64,000 bases of DNA from Octopus vulgaris (lineage: Eukaryota): NCBI GenBank assembly GCA_951406725.2, contig OX597814.1, positions 136,648,001 to 136,712,000 of the forward strand. The letters are read 5' to 3'. Position 1 is the stretch's first letter. The number at the start of each line of letters is the position of its first letter. The notes under the pieces were generated by a model, which was not told the origin of the DNA, searched no databases, and was given only the letters and a program-made list of their open reading frames with translations. A program made the position numbers and the translations under genes. Shown one piece after another: positions 28,922 through 42,484 of this stretch.

Positions 28922-29224
28922 TGGCAGTGTGAAGCGGCTGACCTCCCTTGTTCGAAGGTTATAATGGATACAGATCGTGTATCAATAGCTATCTTGATGG
29001 CGGTGGCCTCATGGAGCTGACCATGGCAGCGATTATTCTTATATCTATAAGAATGCCATATTAATATGGCGATAACAATTAATTTCCAGTAAACGCTGCC
29101 ATAATCTCTTTTATAGAGACTTAGTAATTTTAATATTTCTATTATTGAAAACAAGTGGATGTATTCCACTGAAACTAGGTAAATATAAGCCTTCGAACAG
29201 AGACGTCAGTGGCGACACCTGCAG

Positions 29225-29284
29225 GTCTGACTGCGCTACATTGACAAGGGACAATACCCCGAAACGCGTCTGTAGCTGTCGGAC
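29225..29284 (+). ncRNA. Minimal type I hammerhead ribozyme, second tandem copy
   Basis: Identical to 28862-28921 except stem II GGGA/CCCC. Predicted cleavage after 29270. Confidence 0.75.
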
Positions 29285-29502
29285 TGGCAGTGTGAAGCGG
29301 CTGACCTCCTTTGTTCAAAGGTTATAATGGATACAGATCGTGTATCAATAGCTATCTTGATGGCGGTGGCCTCATGGAGCTGACCATGGCAGCGATTATT
29401 CTTATATCTATAAGAATGCCATATTAATATGGCGATAACAATTAATTTCCAGTAAACGCTGCCATAATCTCTTTTATAGAGACTTAGTAATTTTAATATT
29501 TC

Positions 29503-29551
<49 letters not shown>

Positions 29552-29552
<1 letters not shown>

Positions 29553-31729
29553 TACAAATGTGTCCCAGAGAGAAAGGCCAGTGTACACAAGAACAAAATC
29601 CCCAGAGAGAGGAAAATTTTAATAAGACGGCGTACAAAATTTTCAAATCGCCTAAACAAACAGATTGAAAGCAGTGAAAAGTCCCGCCTAAAAATAAAAC
29701 TGTTGGAAATCGAAAAATGTCTGCAACTCTCCCATGAAAAGGAAAGAGCAGACAAAGAAGCCTGGGCTATAGACAACATAAAATCTAACCCCAGAGCTTT
29801 CTACAGGTATGCCAAAGAAACAGCTACGGTGCACTGTAGAATAGGGCCACTCCTCGAAAAGGATGGCACACTTACAGGAAAACCAATGAGGGTAAGTGAA
29901 ATACTGAATGAGCAATTCAAGAGTGTTTTCACTCCACCCCTTGGGCATCTCCAAATCACCAATCCAACTGACTTTTTTACCACTGCAGATATAAAATCAG
30001 AGGCGGCGACGATAGATTACATCGATATAAAGGAAGACGATGTAATCAAGGCTATAGATGAAATGAAAACAGACTCAGCTACTGGCCCCGATGGATTCCC
30101 GGCAATCCTCCTAAAAGCATGTAAGAGAGTCCTAGCAAGACCACTGCAGTTCCTCTTTCAGAGCTTCCTTGCAGCTGGCAAACTTCCAAGAAAACTGAAG
30201 GAAGGTAAAATATGCCCCATTCATAAAGGAGGTAGCAGAGCGGAAGCCAAGAACTATAGACCTATCTCTCTGACCTCACACATCAGCAAGGTCATGGAAC
30301 GAATAGTCAGAAGGAAGCTGATCACCTTCTTTGAAGAGAATGACTTGCTGCCCGACACCCAACATGGTTTCCGACCAGGGAGAAGCTGTTTAACTCAGCT
30401 CCTACAACACTATGACTGGGTGCTGAAACGGCTGCTCAACCACTCAAATGTGGAAGTGATATATCTCGACTTTGCAAAGGCCTTTGATAAAGTCGATCAT
30501 GGAATGATATGTCACAAACTGCGTGATCTCAACATAGTTGGAAAACTGGGAGAATGGCTTCATGACTTTCTGAAAGATAGAAGTCAGGTGGTAGTGGCCA
30601 ATGGGGCCACTTCCATTAACACGCAAATAGTGAGCGGTGTTCCGCAGGGCACTGTTCTGGGACCACTACTGTTCATAATGGCTCTCTCAGACATGCCCTC
30701 AGCCACGCAGAGAGCCACGATCACAAGTTATGCAGATGATACAAAAGTTTCACAGGCAATACAGAACCCTGAGGACACTAAACACCTGCAATGTGAGCTA
30801 GACAAAATATACAAGTGGGCCGAAAAGAATAGCATGCAGTTCAATGCTGAAAAGTTTCAAGCTCTATACTATCAGCATGCAAAGCTAAATGCAATACCCA
30901 ATGAATACACTGGACCCGGAGGAATAGCAATCCCAGAGGCACAATCAGTGCGTGACCTAGGTATTTACATGAGTGATGACGCGACCTTTCGTGTACATGT
31001 TGCTAAATTGGCAATGAAATGTAGACGACTGGCCGGATAGATCCTCAGAACCTTTAGAACAAGAGAACAAGAAACCATGATGGTCCTCTGGAGGACACTT
31101 GTCCTAAGCCACTTTGACTACTGCTCTCAGTTATGGTCACCATCCAGTGTCAAGTTGATCACAGAGCTCGAGGCGATCCAACGTAGCTACACGAAGAAGA
31201 TAGCCTCTATGCAGAATGTAAGCTACTGGGAAAGACTCAAGAGATTGAAACTATATTCCCTGGAGCGTAGGCTGGAAAGATATGCCATAATATACATCTG
31301 GAAGATCCTGGAGGGAAGTGTCCTGAACTTTGGCATCGAGAGTTACGCAAATGCCAGAACTGGGCGCCACTGCGTGGTGCCTAGGACTCCAAACTTGCCA
31401 TCAAGATGTAGGACAAGATTCTGTGATAGCCTGGGCTTCCGAGGCCCACAGCTCTTCAATATCCTCCCGAAGAACCTGAGAGACCTGCATGGGGTGGATG
31501 TAGATGTCTTTAAAATGAAGCTGGATCTCTTCCTGTCAGGTGTCCCAGATGAACCAACTTCACGGCAGGAGGGGCAGATGAGGGCAGCTGCATCGAACTC
31601 TCTCATGCACCAAATAGCAGTTGCTAGAAAGCCTTCATGAAGTGAAACCAAGTAGCAACACCAAATGGCGGTGCCCCAGCATGGCCACAGCTCATAAGCT
31701 GAAACTAGAATCAATCAATCAATCAATCA

Positions 31730-31732
<3 letters not shown>
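29552..31732 (+). mobile_element. 5'-truncated CR1/L2-group LINE (reverse transcriptase plus 3' UTR and (TCAA)n tail)
   Basis: ORF 29703-31040 has NYRPISLTS, QHGFRPGRSC, YLDFAKAFDKVDH, SGVPQGTVLGPLLF and YADDTK. The same frame continues past a single TAG (31038-31040) to 31640 (LYSLERR). Ends in (TCAA)n. No endonuclease domain is present. Confidence 0.92.
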
Positions 31733-31779
<47 letters not shown>

Positions 31780-32228
31780 CGATCCAAGCTAGTAGCTGCT
31801 GGATTTTTTATATGTAAATAATTTTCAGCTGTTTCAACTAGAGCTTGACTGGTACTTTATTTTATCGACCTTGGAAACTCGACCTTGTCATATCCTTCCC
31901 AGAAATATGATACAACGCCTGAAACGAATACGAATTAACGATCTGTTGTTGATGGTGTAATTCCTTGTATGTACGCTTACAAATAATTAATTATGGTGTC
32001 ATAATTAGCTAGTCTTTGTTATCTGCTGTTGCTAAGTTCAAATGTCAAATAAATCATAAATAAAAACACAGTATCTACACAATCTTTCGGAAAAGATCGA
32101 TAAAATTTTACCAAAGTGTCTCTCAAATTTGTTTTTATAATAATATACATAAATAATGATTACAATATTATCTCTATGTGAATTTTTTCACTCACCAAAA
32201 GATTGTTTACGTGTTTTTTTTTGTGTGT

Positions 32229-32311
<83 letters not shown>

Positions 32312-32896
32312 TATATACATACACATACATATACATACATACATACATACATACATACACACACACAGTCACACACACATATACGTACATTCATGCATGC
32401 ATACATACATACATTATACTTTTATAAGAATAATATTCATAGTGACTTCGAAGCTTCAAAGTCCGATCGCGGCTAAGCAGACCTAAATTTCAACGTTACT
32501 GTCAATACTATTCTTCTTTAAGAATAAATATGTATAGTTGTTTGTATTTTAAGATGACAAAAGTGGCGAAGATGGCAGAACCGTTAGCACGCCGGACAAA
32601 ATTCTTAGTGATATTTCATCCTTTTCATGTTCTGAGCTCCAATTCCGCCGAGGTCGATTTTGCCTTTCATTCTTTCGGGGTTGATAAAAGAAAAATATGT
32701 ACCAGTCAAGTACTGAGTTCGATGTAATCGATTTTTCCTCTTTTCAAAAACTGCTAGCCTTGTACCAAAATTTAAAACTCGAGATAGGCGTGGTTGTGTG
32801 GTATGAAGCTTGTTCCCCAACTACATGATTCCGAGTTCAGTCCCACTGCGAGGCACCTTGAACAAGTGTGTCTTCTAATATAGTCTCGGACCGACC

Positions 32897-32940
32897 AAAG
32901 CCTTGTGAATGGATTTGGCAGTCGGAAACTGAAAAAAACC

Positions 32941-32984
<44 letters not shown>

Positions 32985-33060
32985 GGTTTTTTTCAGTTTC
33001 CGACTGCCAAACAATGGGTTTTTTTCAGTTTCCGACTGCCAAATCCATTCACAAGGCTTT
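32897..33060. repeat. Fold-back duplication of a SINE B segment around (TA)n
   Basis: AAGCCTTGTGAATGGATTTGGCAGTCGGAAACTGAAAAAAACCCATTG-(TA)n-reverse complement, with an extra ~31-bp direct duplication in the right arm. Confidence 0.85.
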
Positions 33061-33069
33061 TTTTTCTCA

Positions 33070-34466
<1,397 letters not shown>

Positions 34467-35121
34467 TATATACTTATATATATATATAAAAACCAGCTTA
34501 GAGAAGAAGAAACGAAACGAAACCAAACGAACCGAATCGAATCGACGCGAGGGCGCTCAGTCATACAATAGTGTAATAAATAAAATATATGCATACATAC
34601 AAACATATATGTACGTACCTACATCTACATGTATATATACATGCATATATAAATATATATATACGTGTGTACAGGACACCACAAATAGACGTAGAACTCA
34701 ACGAGAAACGAAAAAGTAAAAACGGCATGAGACGGACCATTCTTTTAACAACGAAAAAACAGAGTACAAGACAACTACACAAGGAAAAATCCCCTTCATC
34801 AGGTGTCCCTAGTTCAACTCCAGCTGTTTCGAAGGTGAGGACAGAACACGTCTCGTCGAACTAATCCTTCCTGCGAAAGAATTAAATAAAATTCCTTGGC
34901 AGAAGGGTAAAAACAAGGGAAAAAAATGTGACAAAAACAGGACGTAAAAACAATACAATTAAAAACAAATACAAAATAAAAATACAATTACAAAAAATAC
35001 AGTACAAGAAGGGGTAGAAACAGGACAGGAAAACAAATAATGAGGGCATATAAGCCTAGACGAGATATACATACATACATACATACATACATACATACAC
35101 ACATACATACACACACACACA

Positions 35122-36326
35122 CACGTGACTGAAGTAAATAGACATCACATAAAACATCGTTTTATGTTTATTTTAACTTGAAAAGGTTTATATTTGTTAT
35201 TAATTGATATTTTTATGTTTCAGGTTCTATATCATGCCACGTACAGAAGACGTCTCGGAACTGTGCGAATTTCAAAGAGGCCGTATTGTGGGTCAATCCG
35301 AAAGTGGACTTCGCAGAAAACCTTCGGATTCCGCTTTTTACAGTTAATAGAGTGATCGTGCAATTCACCAGAGAGGGGAAGGAGCCCATATCACCTCGCC
35401 CACGTTGACCGGGATCCTTTGATAGGATCCTTTGCTTTGTTGAGAGAAGTGTGGAGAATAATCTTCGTTGCAAGGTCTCTGACACAGCAGAACAAGTTGA
35501 TGGCAGTCCCAGAACAGTTGTCAGATATCTTCACAAACTTGGCTTTTATGGTAGTGCAGCAAGAAGGAAGCCACTTCTTCGACAAACCAATACCAAGCAG
35601 ATAAAAGATTGGGCCAATGAGATTATGGAAAGGCCACTAGCATTTTGGTACACTGTCATATTCTCTGATGAGTCCAGATTTGCTGTATTTTCTGACAGTG
35701 GTCGAGCGTGAGTCTGAAGACTCTGTGATCAAGTATTTGACTTGAAAAGATTGCACGGCGGCTACTCTGAGAATGTATGGGGTGCAATTTGGAGCAATAG
35801 TCGATCAATGCTGGTAGAGTGTGAGAGAAACATAAACTTAGATAAATATGTGTACATATTGCAGAAAGGACTCCTTCCAATTTTCTCCAGTGGTGAAATG
35901 ATTAAAGAAGACCTTTTATTTTTGGAAGATGGAACTTCTTGTCACACGGCTAAAAAGACCCAAGGTTGCTTGGAAGAGAATGGCATTGAAAAGCTTCCCT
36001 GGACAAGCCAGTCACCAGATATGAACCTTATTGAACAGCCCTGGGACATAATGGACAGGACACTTTGTAAAAAGAACAAGAAAGCATTCTCAAAGCCAGA
36101 TCTTTTGAGATTATTGCATGAAATTTGGCAAGAAATTCTCCAAGAGAATATTCGTTATCTGATCACTAGCATGCCTAATTGGGTTCTTGCATTGAAAAAT
36201 GTAATGGGCATGTCTACTAAATATTTGATATTCACATTATAATAATTCATAAATAATTTTAATGTATAATTTCAGATTTAAATAAATTTTAACAACTATA
36301 AGAGTGTCTATTTACTTCTGTTGTTT
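35122..36326 (+). mobile_element. Second Tc1-family (DD34E) transposon, near full-length, degenerate
   Basis: Inverted termini GAAGTAAATAGACA (35131-35144) / TGTCTATTTACTTC (36305-36318). ATG at 35234 gives [20 protein letters not shown]; then IFSDESRF, FLED-34 aa-E (SQSPDMNLIE) and a TKY end. Frameshifted. Confidence 0.9.
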
Positions 36327-37299
36327 ATATATTCAATCGTGCGCGTCTTTCTGCCTGAGTTTGTCCCAAACCCACCAACACCCTTAACAACCGATGTTGG
36401 AGTGTTTACATCCCCGTAACTTAGCGGTTCGGCCTAAGTGACCGATAGAACAAGTACAAGGGTTACAAAGAATAAGTCTTGCAGTCGATTTCTCCCACTA
36501 AAAATCCTTTAAAGCGATGCTGCAGCATGGCTGCAGTCAAAAGACTGAAACAAGTAAAAGAAAAAAATAAAAGAATATATATATATATATATATATATGT
36601 GCAAGTGTTGAAATTTATAAGAAAAACTATAATCATTAATTAAAAATAATATAGCTACCCGGTTCGTCTTTGTGCGGAGAGAACAATAATTAATATATAA
36701 TTTTCGTGAAAATACAAAGGACCCGTCAAATTTGACACTAACCTCCTGGTAGAGATTAATTGGATGTAGTTAATCACATGATACCCTCCCACATTCACCC
36801 ACCCCGAGCGCCCGAGGATCTTCTGACATCCCAGATATTTCACAACAACGAAGTAGCCATCTGCTTTAAGTGTGTAACGATGTTGTTACGTCATAGATAC
36901 GTAAGTTTTTTTTAAGTTTTAGTTCGTGATGACCCTTTCTTACGTTAACGACACAATTTTTCATATGGTGACAATATAGCCTAATGTGACATTCTTTTAT
37001 TCATCTGTCTGAAGTGAAGTTGATGCCGCCTTTGGCTACTTAAAAAAAAAAAGAATATTAAAACATGAAAACAAAAAACAAGCGAAGATGGGAAAAATAT
37101 TTTTAAAAATCCTTTACTGGGTTACGAAAGACTAATTGGGTTAATACTGTTAATGTTCTGTTTGAATTATTAAAGGGCATTGACATGAGAAAAACATTAA
37201 TAACAGAAAAAAATGAATCGGAAAAAACAAAATGAGTTTAAGCATGCTAAGTTCTAGAAAACAAGAGGACGTTACATTTAGTGATATGTCTAGGAAATG

Positions 37300-37365
37300 A
37301 GGAGGCAGCAACAGCAGCAGCAGCAGCAGTAGCAGTAGCAGTAGCAGTAGCAGTAGTAGTAGTAA

Positions 37366-37420
<55 letters not shown>

Positions 37421-37750
37421 GGTGGTGGTGGTGGTGGTGGTGGTGGTTGTGGTGGTTGTGGTGGTGGTGGTGGTGGTGGTGGTGGTGGTGGTATTGGCGA
37501 TGATCGTTGTTGTAGTAGTGATAATGGTGTTGGTGGTAGTAGAGGTGGTATCGGTGGGAGGGTGATGGGATTAGTATTTGTGATGGTACTGGTGGAGGTG
37601 GTTACACTGATGTTTCTAGTGGTATTGGTGGCGATGGTGATTGTTGTGGTATTGGGAGTGGAGATGGTGATGATGGTGGTGGTGGTGATAGTGGTGGTGA
37701 TGGTTGTGAAGGTGGTGATTGTGGTGGTGGCGTTGGTGGTGGTGGTGGTT
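37300..37750. repeat. Compound trinucleotide low-complexity tract (GCA/GTA/GTG)
   Basis: Read directly from sequence. Confidence 0.9.
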
Positions 37751-38084
37751 TACGAAAAGAAACCGTTGTAACAGTAACAAGGATGGAATTATGACAGCTC
37801 GACGCCAGTCGTTCGACCCGCTGGAAATAGTGACCAAATATTCGTCATATCTTATTCTACCGTCTAAAGAAGGAAAGAGACGCATTGTTTTCTATGTGGT
37901 CCTATATAAACTGTCTAACAAAACAATAAAATAAAATTACCGACGGGGTGGTCACAGAACGAACGCTTTGATCATAGGCTTCCTGAATCAGAACTGATCT
38001 GAAGATTAACAATAGCAGTGTTTGTTGCTGTTGTGTTCCCACGTGTGTGGTGAATGCACTGTCCTATTATGAAAATAAAATATT

Positions 38085-38865
38085 CTTTTCTACTGTAGGC
38101 ACTTTTTGGGAAGTGGGGCAATCCATTAGATCGGCCCCATTACGCAACTGTTACTTAGTTTATCGACCCCGAAAGTATGAAAGGCAAAGTTAACCTCGGC
38201 GGAATTTGAACTCAGAATGTAGCGGCAGACGAAATACCTATTTCTTTACTACCCACAATGGGCTAAATACAGAGAGGACAAACAAGGACAGACAAACGGA
38301 TTAATTCGATTATATCGACCCCAGTGTGTAACTGGTACTTATTTAATCGACCCCGAAAGGATGAAAGGCAAAGTCGACCTCGACGGAATTTGAACTCAGA
38401 ACGTAGCGGCAGAAGAAATACCTATTTCTTTACTACCCACAAGGGGCTAAACACAGAGAGGACAAACAAGGACAGACAAACGGATTAAGTCGATTATATC
38501 GACCCCAGTGCGTAACTGGTACTCTATTTAACGACCCCGAAAGGCTGAAAGGCAAAGTCGACCTCGGCAGAATTTGAATTCAGAACGTAGCGGCAGAAGA
38601 AATACCGCTAAGCATTTCACCCGGCGTGCTAACGTTTCTTATTTCTTTACTGCCTATAAGGGGCTAAACATAGAGGGGACAAACAAGTACAGACAAACAG
38701 ATTAATTCGATTATATCGATCCCAGTAACTGTTACTTAATTTATCCACCCCTTAAGGATGAAAGGCAAAATCGACCTCGACGGAATTTGAACTTAGAACG
38801 TAAAGACACGAAATATTTTTAAGCCTTTCACCCGGCGTGCTAACGTTTCTGCCAGCTCACCGCCT
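38085..38865 (-). mobile_element. SINE family A tandem tetramer
   Basis: Core AAGGCAAA recurs at 38181, 38365, 38549 and 38762 (periods 184, 184, 213). Confidence 0.85.
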
Positions 38866-39449
38866 CATCAAAATAAGATATTGAATTATTGGTGGTTAAA
38901 TGGGTGTTAACAAATTTAACGATATCGGACCGAAAGTCATTCGTATAATGATTTATTGTAGTTAGTAAAGGCAAGAGACATAACCTTGAAATTTGTCATT
39001 AGATTAACAACACGAGACATAGTTCGGTCATACTAGACCTTATTGTTGAAATATAGTCTTACCAATACTGTCAGACCTAAGATGAAGAGGATATACAGAG
39101 TGATTTATTGACTGAGCACGGAGTGGTAAGAAAACTTAGCAAGATGACGAGGGTGAATATCCAGGGATTCCTGCTGCATAGAAAATGAGCTGTAAAGTCA
39201 AAGCTAACATTCTTAATTTAGAGAACCAAGAAATTTTAATAAATTAAAATTACGCTCGTAGTTGAAGAAAATTATTCTTCGTGAAGAAAAACGGTTGATC
39301 AGAGCTGAATTAGTTTTTTGTAATTTGAAGAGAAAGTGCAGTCTTTACAGTCTGCAGAATAACAATGAGAGAATAGTGGATATTTAGTATGCCTTAGCTG
39401 AAGATGCAAAAATTCACATTAAGGTTGAGGCACCTCTGGCTTTACCTGG

Positions 39450-40470
39450 ATGGAGAGCAGGTGTGGTCACCGCAAGTTCGGTTCTAACTTCCCAAGTTAA
39501 CGTCCTTAACGGACATTGGTGTATGGATTAAGCGGAGACCTAAGCTGAGAGACTGGCATTTGGAGTGCCGTCAGGTGCTCCAGCTACTCTGTCGGGTGGG
39601 CATTGCCGGCAGCAGGAGTTCCACCGCGGATTCCTATTGGGGGTTAGTGGAATCTATGTCAGAAGACGCCTTGGGGGAGACGGACCCTTGGCTACGATGA
39701 AAATCAGTTGGTCAACCTGTTCAAGAGAACGTTCAGGCCGGGGTATCTGGATAATTACCAGAAACCCCTGGCTTGGCAGTGCTTCCATGCGGCGTTACCG
39801 GTTCGTGACAAGCTGTCAAGGCACGGAAGTGCCGTCTCGCCATGTCCGAGATGTGGTCAAGATAGGGAAACCGTCTTGCACGCATTCGTGGAGTGTCCAG
39901 AGTTATAGGGGCTGATAGCTTTTGTCGAACAACTGTTGTCAGTGATGGGAAGAGTACAGCTATCACCTGAGTCTATCATCGAGATTGTGCCACTTCCTTT
40001 CTTTAACAGGGAAAGGAAGGCTTGTATTCTCTGCGTAGTAGCCATACTGAAAGTATGGATGACGAGTGTGAAAGATATAGTGACAGGTACCTTTGTCTCT
40101 GGCCAAAGGGTTTGGTTAACTTTTTTAGTTACCACGGTGGTAAGATCAGACCGGAGAAGTGTCTGTCACGAGATATGTTTGTGAAAAGATGGAAGCCTGT
40201 GGTGAGCAAGCTGGGTGCGATTGGCACCAGGTAATTGAGGTCGGGTTAAAAAGTAAAGGTTCTACCCGGATGGCCGGGTGCCTTTCTTTCAACGCTCCTG
40301 ATTATTCAAAATTCAAAATTTTTATTGTATATTTCATCGATTCGTTTTTTCATCCGATTGATTTGACATTTTTAAAACGTAAAAGCTTCTTCACCCTTTA
40401 TGTTTGTCTGTCCTTGTTTGTCTCCTCTTGGTAATGCCTGTATGGCAAATCTTTATGAAATAAAGAAGGA
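39450..40470 (+). mobile_element. Tx1/L1-clade LINE 3' fragment (zf-RVT CCHC region)
   Basis: LAWQCFHAALPVRDKLSRHGSAVSPCPRCGQDRETVLHAFVECP (C-x2-C...H-x4-C), T-rich 3' UTR and AATAAA end. Confidence 0.8.
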
Positions 40471-41326
40471 TATTTAGTGTTCATGAGTTGAAAGTTTCTA
40501 GTGTTACGCGGGTACTTGTACTTTGGAGATCGTTTTACGTACAGTCTGTTGCTCTTTGATCAAACTGTTAGCAAAAATCCCAATACAGAAAATTTCGATT
40601 GTAAATCAACAATTGTAATTACAGATAATTAAATATTTATGCACACTCGAACACATATACGCGTACACATGAACACATGTACATGCAGACATGAACACAT
40701 ATGGATGTACATATGAATGACTACACATCCATATACATATGTATATGTATGAGACTAATCTAAGTAAGGAAAGGAAAATATGTTTTTCTTGTATGTGAAA
40801 CACACAGTTGAGACTGGTTTTGTATTTTTGTGTATAGACCACTTCACATAATTTTCTAAACATCGTATCATAGCGATAAATTGATTGAACCATTGAGCGT
40901 ATTTGTTAAACATATAGCAACTTTGATTTCATTTGGTATAGCTGTTTCAAAGTTCGCTGAATCTAGCAGTCTCTCTGGTATGAATTTCAGGAGCGTTAGC
41001 AAAGAGTCTTTCAAGGCACTTTATATGCTATACTGTATTTATACAGTATTTCTAGTCTTGCAAACAATATCTCAGATTCCTGGCACACATATCGCAGAAC
41101 CAACAATAAAAGACTGTTTAGATTCGAAAAAAAAAAAAGGAACAGAAGGAAGATTGTTTATTTAAAGAAGGAAGACAACCAAAGGCATGATTACATCATG
41201 AAAAGATTCAGTAGAGTTTATGATAACTGTTCGTAGTGTGAGTTATAAGTGTTATATTTGTTATTTTGTTAATGCTGTGTTAGAAACATATCAATTTAAT
41301 ATATTTGTTGTTAGGTTTGTAAGTTA

Positions 41327-41600
41327 GAGGCGCAATGGCCCAGTGGTTAGGGCAGCGGACTCGCATTCGGAGATCGCAGTTTCGATTCCCAGACCGGGCG
41401 TTGTGTATGTTTATAGAGCTCCACGAGGTTAGGGCAGGGGGTGGTGGCGACCCCTGTTGTACACTTTCGCCACAGCTTTCTCTCACTGTTTCTTGAGTAA
41501 CGCTGCGATGGACTGGCATCCCGTCCAGCTGGGGGGAACACACACGCCACAGAAACCGGTAAACCGGGCCCATGAGCCTGGTTAGGCTTGAAAAGGGCGA
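41327..41600 (+). mobile_element. SINE family C head with alternative body/tail
   Basis: Same head as 25383; the tail is CTGCGATGGACTGGCATCCCGTCCAG... Confidence 0.75.
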
Positions 41601-42446
41601 CGTTTATCGTTTTTAGGCTTGTAAATAAATTTTTATAACAGACAGAGTGAGAAGTCATTACGATTGCCAAAGGGAATAATTTTACTTTCGTCAACGATCT
41701 CTGTGGCAAAAGAAAAGTGACGAAAGAAATAGATATCAACAATGGTTATTTCGAAGTGAATTAATATCAAGGGTATGCATGAGGTCACAGAAATTATTAA
41801 AGAACTTAAAGAATTCTTTTCTTTGGAGATGGGATACTGTTATGTGCATCTGTATTACAAGGGTATGTATTTCATGTGCTTGTGTGTGCGAGTGTGTGTG
41901 TGTGTGTGTATGTGTGTCGGTGTGTGTGTAGGTGTGTGTATGTGTGTACAGAGGAGGGAGTGAGAGATAAGACGAGGTAAATTGAAGTATTTTCTGACAA
42001 TTGGGTCAAATTTGGTGCGCAGTGGTTTTCAAGGCGATGATATACTGACAGGCCGTATTTAAACATTTGTAGGTGGGAGTTATTTCATTTGACGTCTGTG
42101 GGAACACTATTATCGCTACAGAATTGCGTTATCCTGCAGTTGATGTGTTGGGTTTATTGTGTATATGTTGTTGCAATTGCTGCTGCTGCTGTAGTTGTTG
42201 TTGTTGTTTTTGTTGTTGTTGTTTAGCATCAAGTTTGTTCTGACTGATCAGATCTAAGATCAAAGACATTCTAGTCGTTGCTATCCCGTCTTTTCAAGCA
42301 GAATATGTAAGACTGTCTTATCCAATATGTTCTTCCCTAATTTTTAAGACAGCAATGCGGGATTAGAGAAAAATTCGGCTGCTATTTCACACAGGCTGAG
42401 ATACCACGAGGTGACTCCATCGTAGGTTCGCTCTGTGTTTATGAGA

Positions 42447-42484
<38 letters not shown>

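Larger units (their letters stand above)
28554..29508 (+). mobile_element. Retrozyme-like / non-autonomous PLE-type element: two 363-bp direct repeats plus an inverted partial copy
   Basis: Units start at 28757, 29120 and 29483 (partial). 28554-28757 is the reverse complement of 28858-29061. Each unit carries a hammerhead. Flanked by (TA)n, with no credible ORF. Confidence 0.75.

Noticed and set aside
28782-29646. Duplicated 60-136 aa ORFs as small protein genes
   Set aside because: They start at non-ATG codons, have no recognisable motifs, and are explained by the structured 363-bp repeat.
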